Positions 19,082 through 26,935 of a DNA stretch of 64,000 nucleotides are shown here, piece after piece; position 1 is the stretch's first letter, and each line of letters starts with the position of its first letter. Both the position numbers and the translations under genes were made by a program. The notes under the pieces were generated by a model. That model made no database searches, was not told the DNA's origin, and was given only the letters and a program-made list of their open reading frames with translations. Source of the DNA: Myxococcota bacterium (GTDB lineage: Bacteria > Myxococcota_A > UBA796 > UBA2385); contig JBIJDH010000018.1 of the NCBI GenBank assembly GCA_044344255.1, forward strand, positions 115,024 through 179,023. Reading direction: 5' to 3'.

Positions 19082-19312
19082 CTATTTTCCGCCGCTGTAT
19101 CCGCCGGAGCCGCTGTAGCCCGAGCCCGAGCTGGGCCGAGTGACGACGATCGGGCGATACGAAGCAGGGTTCTCGCGCACGGAGGGGGGCAAGGCGGAGG
19201 TGGTGAGATCGTCGGCGACGGGACCGCTGACGATCCGATAGAGGCTGAAGAGGGCGACGAAGACGCCGGCCAACACCGCCGCCTGGTAGGGGAGCCAGTG
19301 GGAGTGGTTCAT
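19082..19312 (-). CDS. 76-aa membrane-anchored peptide with Gly/Ser/Tyr tail ending GGK
   Basis: N-terminal TM, PPSVRENPASYRP, tail SSGSGYSGSGGYSGGK; lies between the DUF4178 and DUF350 genes. Confidence 0.8.
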   Translation of the reverse strand: MNHSHWLPYQAAVLAGVFVALFSLYRIVSGPVADDLTTSALPPSVRENPASYRPIVVTRPSSGSGYSGSGGYSGGK

Positions 19313-19387
19313 GTTAGGCGTGGCCTCTCGGGGCGGTCATTCGGTCCATTCCGTTGTGCGGTCCGTCGTGTGGGTGGTCATCCCGGT

Positions 19388-21220
19388 TCAGAGCCCCGAT
19401 CCGCTCCAGCGCCGCTGCTCGAAGCTGCTGCGCAGGAAGTGGAGGAGCCCGAGCAGGCCGAGCCCCCAGCCGAGGACGAGCAGGGCGGGCCAATAGTCGC
19501 GCGGCCGGAGCTCGACCGACACCGTGGCGACCGCCGTTGGGCCGGTCTCGGGGCGGGTGACGCTCAGCACATAATCCCCGGGCGCCGGGTTCATGTCGAC
19601 AGAGCCGGTGCCACCCCAGTGGGTCGTCTCATAGAGGTGGTCGGTGCTGGAGCCGATGAGGCTCAGCGTGAGGGCCTCGCTCGACCGAAAGGAGACCCGC
19701 ACGGTGTGGTTGAGATCGTCGGGGACGGTGAAGGCCTCGGTGAGGACCGGGGCCTCCTCCCCGGTGAGGTGGGTCGTCCCCTGGGCGAGGAGCTCACCCC
19801 CGGGGGCCAGCAGCGTGAGCATGAGCAGCAGGCTGCCTGCGATCAGGAAGGCGGCGACGGCGCCGTGCGCCGTCTTCAGCGCAGCGGCCTCCGCGTAGGG
19901 GTTCGGCTGGTGGGGGCCGACGCCGGTGGGGGCGGGCAGGCTCTTCTGGAAGGCGCGCTCGACCTCTTCGACCGAGAGGTAGGTGCCGACGGACCAGGTG
20001 ATCTCACCGGCGCTCTTCTCTCGGCTGAGCATGCGGGGCGGGGCGACGAAGTCAATCGTCTCGACCGACTCGCCCTGGGCGACCTCCCACGTAAACTCGC
20101 CGATCGCGTAGGAGACCGTCGCTTTGCCACGGTTGAAGGCGAGAAAGTCCTCGCCTTCGTGCTGACATGACTGGGTGTTTGGCTTCTCGGGGGGCGTGAA
20201 GAGGAGCTCCGCCAGGCTCCAGTGGTGGTTGGGGTCTTCGACCAGCCAGCGGAAGCCTCGGTAGGGGTTGTGGAGCAGGTACTCCCACCAGATGTAGCGC
20301 TCGCCCTCCTCGATGACATAGCGCTCGAGGACGCCGATGAGCTCCCAGGGGACCGCGCGGAAGGTGGCGCGCGCGCCCAGGGGGATGCTGAAGGTGCGCG
20401 GCGCGCCGCTGCCCTCGAGGACGAGGTGCGGCAGACCGAGCTCACCCAGCTTGACGACGCTGCCGCAGGCGGCGCAGGTGAGGCGCACGCTGTCGGCGGG
20501 GGCACGGAGCGCGATCGCGCGGTCACAGTGGGGGCAGCGGAGGGCGCGGGTGCCCTCGATCTCCGGCCCGGCGAAGTTGACGAGGACAGGGTCTGAGAAG
20601 CCGGCGAAGGGGCGGAGGCCCTCCATACGCAGCGCAGGCAGGTCGACGCCCTCTCCCGCGTAGACGGCGGCCTCGCCGTCGGCCCAGTCGAGGGTGCCGA
20701 CGGTGTCACCGGGGCCGCGCAGGTCGGCGTAGGGGACCTCTTCGTCGGAGCTGGGCGTGTAGGGCAGCTCCCCCACGGCGGCGGTGACGCGCGCCCAGCC
20801 CACCTCGGCCACCGTCCACTTCGTGTCGCCGACCCGGAGGCTCGCGCCCACGGCCGGGGGCTTGACGAGCGTGGGCAGCTTGCCCGCCGCGGAGGCGAAG
20901 AGCTGAAATTGGCCGTTGCCCTCGCTCAGCCAGCCGGAGCCGCCGTCTTCGAAGGCGATGTACCACTCGTTCCAGCGCACCCCGGGCCGCTGGCGCCGGA
21001 GGCCCCCCACCACCCGAAAGCGGCGGCCCGCATGTACGCCGGTGGCGTCTATCTGGACGGGAGAGAGCTCTCGGACGAAGGGTGTGATCTTCCCGATCAG
21101 CCGGACGTCGAGGTCTGTTCGAGCGACCGTGCTGTCACAGGCCCCACAGACCGCGGAGACCGAGGCCGCGTGCCGAAAGGTGATGGGCGAGCCACAGGAG
21201 GGGCAAGCGGCGGAGATCAA
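19388..21220 (-). CDS. DUF4178 domain protein with two Zn-ribbons and C-terminal TM segments
   Basis: CPSCG..CGACD and CPHCD..CAACG; two copies of WxEW/WWEY..G.WL.E; GELP/GEF motifs; tail FEQRRWS. Confidence 0.88.
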   Translation of the reverse strand: MISAACPSCGSPITFRHAASVSAVCGACDSTVARTDLDVRLIGKITPFVRELSPVQIDATGVHAGRRFRVVGGLRRQRPGVRWNEWYIAFEDGGSGWLSEGNGQFQLFASAAGKLPTLVKPPAVGASLRVGDTKWTVAEVGWARVTAAVGELPYTPSSDEEVPYADLRGPGDTVGTLDWADGEAAVYAGEGVDLPALRMEGLRPFAGFSDPVLVNFAGPEIEGTRALRCPHCDRAIALRAPADSVRLTCAACGSVVKLGELGLPHLVLEGSGAPRTFSIPLGARATFRAVPWELIGVLERYVIEEGERYIWWEYLLHNPYRGFRWLVEDPNHHWSLAELLFTPPEKPNTQSCQHEGEDFLAFNRGKATVSYAIGEFTWEVAQGESVETIDFVAPPRMLSREKSAGEITWSVGTYLSVEEVERAFQKSLPAPTGVGPHQPNPYAEAAALKTAHGAVAAFLIAGSLLLMLTLLAPGGELLAQGTTHLTGEEAPVLTEAFTVPDDLNHTVRVSFRSSEALTLSLIGSSTDHLYETTHWGGTGSVDMNPAPGDYVLSVTRPETGPTAVATVSVELRPRDYWPALLVLGWGLGLLGLLHFLRSSFEQRRWSGSGL

Positions 21221-21328
21221 GGAGGCTTCCTCGCGGGGAGGTTAACCCAGTCCACCACAAGAGCAGGGGTGTTCGCCTCGCTCCGCCTCCCGGGTTCCGG
21301 CGGGGTACGGGGGCCTCGGAGGTCTGCC

Positions 21329-21613
21329 ATGCGCCTTTGGACGTTCCTGCTCCTGCTCTCTTGTGGTGACAAAGAAGGCGGCGGCGAGGCCGGCGCGGAG
21401 GGCTGCGACGCCTGCGGCGAGGGGGAGTACTGCATCAACTACTTGGGCGGCGAGCGCGACGGCGAGGAGCTCTGCGCCGCCATCCCCGACGCTTGCGACG
21501 GCGACGACTCCTGCGAGTGCCGCGGCGAGATGTACGACGGCTGCGAGGAGCCCTACTACGGCGTGGGCTGCTCGGACTCCTTCCCGCCTACCCTCATCAG
21601 CTGCAACCCCTGA
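21329..21613 (+). CDS. Small Cys-rich lipoprotein
   Basis: GGAGG RBS; MRLWTFLLLLSC lipobox; Cys-rich acidic body. Confidence 0.75.
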   Translation: MRLWTFLLLLSCGDKEGGGEAGAEGCDACGEGEYCINYLGGERDGEELCAAIPDACDGDDSCECRGEMYDGCEEPYYGVGCSDSFPPTLISCNP

Positions 21614-22191
21614 GCGAGCCCCTGCCCCTGGCCGCGCCCCGCCTCGATGTGGATCGGGCGCGCGCCGCCGTGGCCGAGGGGGCCGTGCTCTGCGCCTCCG
21701 CCCTCCCCTTCCCGGGCGGCCACCGCTTTGGGCTCTTCGCGCGGGCGGGCGCCGGCCTCGCGGTGCCGCCGCTCCAGGATGGCTTCCTGCCGATGGAGCA
21801 GCTTGGCGCCTTGGGCCCCGTTGGGGGCTGGAACACAGGCTTCGCGACGGCCTTCACCCACGCCTGGTGGTTCGACTCGGCCTGGCGCTGCGTCGATGCC
21901 GCGGGCCAGCCCCTGTTCTGGACGGAGGGGCCGCGTCTGTGGGACCGAGCCGGGGGCGCCTCGGTCCAGGGCCTCCGGGTAGAGGTCTCGGCCGACTGGA
22001 CCGAGCGGCGCCTCGTCGCCCGCGGGGAGGTCGATCGCCGGCTGATCGTGGAGCAGGACTGGAGTCCGCTCGTCGACCCCACGTACGACCGTGACCTCCT
22101 CTCCGCGGACCTCGCCTGGCTGCTCGCCCTCGCGCGGAGCCTCGGGGCCGCGATCGGCTGCGGGGTCGAGGTCGTCGACGCGGCCGGCTGA
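21610..22191 (+). CDS. Hypothetical protein
   Basis: Coding-like frame. Start uncertain: CTG 21610 overlapping the upstream stop, or GTG 21648. Confidence 0.55.
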   Translation: MSEPLPLAAPRLDVDRARAAVAEGAVLCASALPFPGGHRFGLFARAGAGLAVPPLQDGFLPMEQLGALGPVGGWNTGFATAFTHAWWFDSAWRCVDAAGQPLFWTEGPRLWDRAGGASVQGLRVEVSADWTERRLVARGEVDRRLIVEQDWSPLVDPTYDRDLLSADLAWLLALARSLGAAIGCGVEVVDAAG

Positions 22192-22205
22192 GCCTCACTT
22201 CGCCC

Positions 22206-22865
22206 TCACTTCGCCGGGGCGGCGCCCTTGGCGGCCTCGGACACGCCCTGGTTGTGGCGCTGCGAGCTCCCGATGATCGCCTCCCAGGCCGCCTCGTCGG
22301 TCTGCCCCTCCTTGGCCTTCTCCTTGGCGAAGAGCTGCTCGAAGGTGGGGCCGGTGTCGTGGCCGTACTTCACCCGATCGCGGGCGTGGAGGATGGCGAC
22401 GGTATGGGTGTCGCGCATCAGGTCACGCGTGAGCTCGCGGAGGGCCATGCGGTGGAGGTTGGCGAGGCGCGCGCGGAGCTCGAGGGCCTCTCCCTCTGTG
22501 TGCAGCGTGGCCTGCCAGCCGGCCATCAAGGGGGTGAACGTGTCGTCGTAGAGGGTGCGGAGCTCCGCCGCCTCCACGCTGCCCTTGCCGACCGCGAGGG
22601 CCATGAAGGCCTTGAGCGCGGCCTCCCCAGCGGGGTCCGCCGAGCCGGCGGGCAGGGCGAGCAGCGTGGCGAGGAGGGGGGCGTAGGCGGGGTCCGCCGT
22701 GCGGGGCAGGGCCTCGTAGCGGGCGACGAGCTCGGGGGCGGCGGCGCGGCCGGCGGCCTGGGTCTCCTCGAAGGTGCGCGGCACGAGGGCGTCGGCGGCG
22801 AGCGCGGCCCCCGGCAGGAAGGTCAGGAGGAGGCTCAGGCAGAGCAGGCGCAGGGCGGTGAACAG
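22206..22865 (-). CDS. Secreted protein with C-terminal helical domain resembling polymorphic-toxin tips
   Basis: The frame extends upstream of the listed ORF to a signal peptide (LFTALRLLCLSLLLTFLPGAALA) starting at CTG 22865, 5 nt after GGAGG; C-terminus TRDLM..KYGHDTGPTFEQL..IIGSSQRHN. Confidence 0.65.
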   Translation of the reverse strand: MFTALRLLCLSLLLTFLPGAALAADALVPRTFEETQAAGRAAAPELVARYEALPRTADPAYAPLLATLLALPAGSADPAGEAALKAFMALAVGKGSVEAAELRTLYDDTFTPLMAGWQATLHTEGEALELRARLANLHRMALRELTRDLMRDTHTVAILHARDRVKYGHDTGPTFEQLFAKEKAKEGQTDEAAWEAIIGSSQRHNQGVSEAAKGAAPAK

Positions 22866-22901
22866 GGGGGCCTCCTGGGGCCGGTTCGGAGGGGAGCGGG
22901 C

Positions 22902-23442
22902 TCAGGCCTCGGCGGCGTCGAGCATCGGGAGCTCGATCTGCACGGTGGGCGGGACCCCGATCCAGCGGCCGCGGTCGTCGGTCACCTTGCCGGTGCGCAC
23001 CCGCCACTTGGGCACGCTCCGGCCCTCGGGCGGGCCGCCGGCCCCCTCGACGTCACCGCTCAGCTCGATGATCTCGTCGTGGTAGGCGGCGCGGCAGTGG
23101 ACCCCGCGGAGGGTGGGGTCATCGCCGTGGCGCACGGGCTGGACGACCGCCACCGCGTGGGCGGCGGGCAGGTGGACCTGGGCGATGGCGCGCACGAAGT
23201 CGTCGAGGCGGAGCTGGCCGAGGTGATCGACCATCCAGATGGAGACGCCGTCGTCGGCGAAGCGCACGATGTTGAGCGGCGCGGCCCGATCGTGGAGCGT
23301 GTCGCGCAGCAGCAGGGCGAAGGCCGCCCGGGCGACGGCATCGATCGTGAGCGGCAGCGGCGCGCCCTTCGGCCAGACGTCAAAGGCGGCGCGGAGGTTG
23401 GCGTCCTCGGAGATGTCGGTGAGCGGCCGGGTCAGGGGGCAC
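22902..23442 (-). CDS. Hypothetical protein, probable 1-nt frameshift near its start
   Basis: Open coding-like frame from ~23438 (PLTRPLTDISEDANLRAAFDVW...). GTG 23442 is out of frame by one base because of the 5-nt homopolymer at 23435-23439. Confidence 0.55.
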
Positions 23443-23537
23443 CTCGAGCTCCCGGCGGCGGAGGGCCCGCGCGCCCTGTGGGAGGGTTAATCGCCTTAGC
23501 CCCTCGTGACGCCGGGCGGGAGGCGGCCGGGGCGGGC

Positions 23538-25193
23538 CTATCGGAGGGTGTCCACGTAGGGGCGGGCGCGGGCGAGCGCCGCGGGATCGGCTGGGGCGGG
23601 CACGGCCTGCACCGCCTCCCCCCGGAGGAGGGCCCGGGCGTACGCGAGCTCGTCGGGTGGGCCGAGGGGGCCGGCGCGCACCTCGACCACGACGGAGACC
23701 CGCTCGGCGCGCTCGGCGAAGGGCACCGCGCTCTCGATGAGGCGGCTCGGCGTCGGGGCGGGGCGCCAGTCCCAGCCGAGGTCTCCCGGGCGGAGGCAGG
23801 CCTGGAAGAGGGGGCCGCGGGCGGGCGGGCCGCAGGGGCCCTCCCCGGTCGGGCGGAGGGTGGGGAGCACGGCGAGGGCGAGGCCTGCGGTGGCAGCGAG
23901 GCTCAGGCCGCGGCGGAGGGGGCCGCCGGCCGCGAGGGCCGCCGCCGACTCGCCGACGAGCAGGGCGAGCAGCGGCACGAGGGGGAGGAGGAGCCGCTCC
24001 TGGTAGACCCCGGCGACGAAGCCCGCGGGGCGCCCGCTCGCCACGAGGGCCAGGGCGCCGAGGGCGAGGCCGAGGCAGAGGGCGACGCGCCGCCCCCGGC
24101 GGTGGGGGAGGAGGAGGAGGCCGAGCGTGAGCGGCAGGGTCCAGCCGAGGGCGGGGCCGAGGCGCCAGAGGAGGCGGAGGGTCCAGCGGGCGACCTCCGC
24201 GGCGCCGCCGGCGAGAGGCTCGACGGGGTGCCCGACGATGTGGGCCCGGAGGTCAGCGGTGTGGACGAGGTGCCAGGGCAGCGCGATCAGGAGCGCCAGG
24301 GCGGCGGCGGCGCGGGCGCCTGCGTGGCCCCAGGGGGCGGCGCGCGGGGCCCCGGGGGCGGCGACGAACAGGGCCAGCGCCCCGCTCAGGGTGAGGGCGG
24401 CCGGCCAGCCGAGGGGCAGGGGGTGCTGCAGGCTCAGCAGGGCGAAGAGCCCGATCAGCAGGCCCGTCCCGAGGGGGAGCCAGGCGCCGGCCTGGGCGAG
24501 GCCGAGGGCCAGCAGCGGCAGCAGGGGGAGGAGCGCCGCGGTCTTGGTGAGCGCCAGCAGGCCCACCAGCGCGCCGGCCGCGAGCCCCCCGCGCAGGCGC
24601 CGGAGCGGGGCCCCGAGGGCCCAGAGGGCGGCGGCGAGGAGGGCGGCGGCGGTGAGGTCGATGGGCCAGGCGGCGGCCATCCCCTTGAGCGTGGGCGAGC
24701 CGAGGCAGACCAACCCCGCGACGGCGGCGGGCAGGGCGGCCCCCTCGGGGGCGCCAGCGGGGGCGGCGGCGGGGGGGAAGGAGGGGGGGATCGAGGGGGC
24801 GGCGGCGCGGCCCGCGGCGAAGGCCGCCCCGACGAGGACGACGAGCGCGCAGCCGCGGGAGAGGACCCGGAGGTCGAGCGCGAGATCGGGCCCGAGCGAG
24901 AGGGCGAGGGCCCCGGTCAGGGCGTGAAGCGGGGGGTAACGCCGGCCGAGGGTGGGGTCCTGCCACCAGGCGGGCTCTCCGAAGGCGCCGAGCAGGGTGT
25001 CCCGCCCCCCCTTCGCCCAGCCCCAGAGGTTCGCCGCCCGCACGAGGTGGCCATCCCAGTCCACGCCCGCCCCGCCGAGCTGCTCGGGGGAGCGGGCCTC
25101 CCCGGTGACCGCCCAGAGCAGCGCCGCGAGGGCGGCCGTGACGACGACGGTGAGGGCGAGGGTGAGGGTCAGGGACCCGCGCCGATGGCTCAC
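23538..25193 (-). CDS. Polytopic membrane protein, GT-C/ArnT-PMT-like
   Basis: Many TM segments; DWDGH after TM1, YPPL, GLLALTK, ALPW and YQERLLLPL motifs; GTGA overlap with the upstream gene. Confidence 0.6.
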   Translation of the reverse strand: MSHRRGSLTLTLALTVVVTAALAALLWAVTGEARSPEQLGGAGVDWDGHLVRAANLWGWAKGGRDTLLGAFGEPAWWQDPTLGRRYPPLHALTGALALSLGPDLALDLRVLSRGCALVVLVGAAFAAGRAAAPSIPPSFPPAAAPAGAPEGAALPAAVAGLVCLGSPTLKGMAAAWPIDLTAAALLAAALWALGAPLRRLRGGLAAGALVGLLALTKTAALLPLLPLLALGLAQAGAWLPLGTGLLIGLFALLSLQHPLPLGWPAALTLSGALALFVAAPGAPRAAPWGHAGARAAAALALLIALPWHLVHTADLRAHIVGHPVEPLAGGAAEVARWTLRLLWRLGPALGWTLPLTLGLLLLPHRRGRRVALCLGLALGALALVASGRPAGFVAGVYQERLLLPLVPLLALLVGESAAALAAGGPLRRGLSLAATAGLALAVLPTLRPTGEGPCGPPARGPLFQACLRPGDLGWDWRPAPTPSRLIESAVPFAERAERVSVVVEVRAGPLGPPDELAYARALLRGEAVQAVPAPADPAALARARPYVDTLR

Positions 25194-26935
25194 GGCAGGG
25201 TCCAGGCGAGCGTGGTGGGCTCATCGACGGCGGGCGGCCCGAGGGCGGCGTGGAGGCAGGCCAACACCCGGGGCTCGAGGGCGCAGGGGGGCTCGCGGTG
25301 CACCACTACGGCGCCGATGCCCATGAACACGAGCGCCTCCTTGAGCTTCTCCTCGCAGGCCGGGCCGCCCAGCAGGCGGTCGAGGGCGAGGACCAGCTCG
25401 GTCTCTCCGAAGTAGGCGCCGCGCGGGTTGAGGTTGTGGAGCAGGGGCCGGCCGTGGAGCAGCAGGCCGCTCATATAGTGCGGGGGCGCGGTCTCGCACT
25501 CCCGGCGGAAGGGCAGGGGCAGGTCGAGGGCGGGCGCGTCCGAACCCTGGAGCGCGGCCAGGCCGGGGTGGATGCTCAAGGCGCGGCTCGGCAGCGGCAG
25601 GGGGACGCCGGGCAGCGCGCTCGTCTCGACCCAGGCGGCGAGGCCCACCACCACGGTGAGCGCCGCCGCGCGGCCGCCACCCCGCGCCACGCCCGGCCGC
25701 TGCGGGAGGAGCCCCACGCCAGCCGCGGCCGAGAGGCCGACCACGGCGGCCACCACGAGCCGATAGGGGCTGCCGCTCGAGGCCGCCGAGCGGGACAGGC
25801 GCTCCACCAGGGCCCAGGGCATCCACCAGTCCTGCCCGCCGAGGCGCACCCGGTCGCCGAGGGAGAAGCAGAGGGCGGTGCCGATCACAACTCCGAGCGC
25901 GAGGCTTCGGCGGCCGCCGCGGAGGAGGCCCAGGCCGCCTGCGAGGAGGAGCGTCCAGCCGAGGTAGGGCACGTGGGCGGGGAGGATGGCGAAGCCCTGC
26001 GGCCCCACGGGCTGGAGCAGGGAGCGGGCGGAGGCCGAGGAGAGCAGGTTTGTCTGCGTGGCGCTCCAGCCCGACACCTTCTCGGGGGGAGGGTCGATGT
26101 GGGCCCGCTCGGTCCCCGCCGCCCGGGCCTCCGCGCGGGGGCGGTAGAGGTTGGGCTCCGAGGAGAAGTTGGCGGCGTGGTATCGGTCGATCAGCAGGGT
26201 CGCGCCGATGGACAGGGCCCCCATCATGCCCCAGCGCAGCAGGCGACGGCGCGCGAGGCCGGGGAGGCGCGGCCCGGCGGGCCAGATCCCCTCGAGCGCG
26301 CGGCCGGCGCCGAGGCAGGCGAGGCCGAGCGCGGCGGCGAGGCCGAGGTTGGGGGCGGCGAGGCCGAGGCCGAGCAGCAGCAGCGGCGCCCCGAGGAGCC
26401 GATGCCCGGCCCGGCGCTCCCCGTGGAGGGCGGCCGCCCAGACCAGGGCCACGCCGCCGAGGAGGGCCTGCTCGAGCTGCCCATTCCCGAGGGTGACCCG
26501 GCTCCACATCGGCCAGGCGAGGAGTGCACCGGAGAGGGTCGCCCCCCAGGTGGAGGCGCCGAGGCTGCGGGCCAGCGCCGCTCCGCCGAGGGCCCCGAGC
26601 GCGGGGCAGAGGGCCCAGCCGAGGTTGAAGGCGAGGGCGGGCCCGACCACCACCGAGAGCAGCACCAGCGGCCACAAGAAGGGGCGCAGCATCACCCCCT
26701 CCGGCCAGCCGGCGAGGGCGCTGTGGAGGCCCCCGGCGCCGCCCTCGGTGAGCGCGCGGCGGGCCATCTCGGCGCCGACGAGATGTCCGTCGGTGAAGGC
26801 GGTGTCGATCACCCGCGCCGTGGGGGCCGCCCACACGCCCGCGGTGACCGCGAGGCCGAGGGCGAGGGAGAGCAGGAGCAGCCCGCCGAGCGGCGCGCCG
26901 CGAGGCCCCGGGGCCGCGGGCTCGGCGCCGATCAG
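25190..26935 (-). CDS. Polytopic membrane protein, YfhO/GT-C-like
   Basis: Multi-TM; GPALAFNL, PYLGW, MPW, SPYRL, LDLP, HGRPL and AVVVH motifs. The in-frame CTG at 26935 overlaps the pfaA stop; GTG 26836 is the alternative start. Confidence 0.6.
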   Translation of the reverse strand: MIGAEPAAPGPRGAPLGGLLLLSLALGLAVTAGVWAAPTARVIDTAFTDGHLVGAEMARRALTEGGAGGLHSALAGWPEGVMLRPFLWPLVLLSVVVGPALAFNLGWALCPALGALGGAALARSLGASTWGATLSGALLAWPMWSRVTLGNGQLEQALLGGVALVWAAALHGERRAGHRLLGAPLLLLGLGLAAPNLGLAAALGLACLGAGRALEGIWPAGPRLPGLARRRLLRWGMMGALSIGATLLIDRYHAANFSSEPNLYRPRAEARAAGTERAHIDPPPEKVSGWSATQTNLLSSASARSLLQPVGPQGFAILPAHVPYLGWTLLLAGGLGLLRGGRRSLALGVVIGTALCFSLGDRVRLGGQDWWMPWALVERLSRSAASSGSPYRLVVAAVVGLSAAAGVGLLPQRPGVARGGGRAAALTVVVGLAAWVETSALPGVPLPLPSRALSIHPGLAALQGSDAPALDLPLPFRRECETAPPHYMSGLLLHGRPLLHNLNPRGAYFGETELVLALDRLLGGPACEEKLKEALVFMGIGAVVVHREPPCALEPRVLACLHAALGPPAVDEPTTLAWTLP

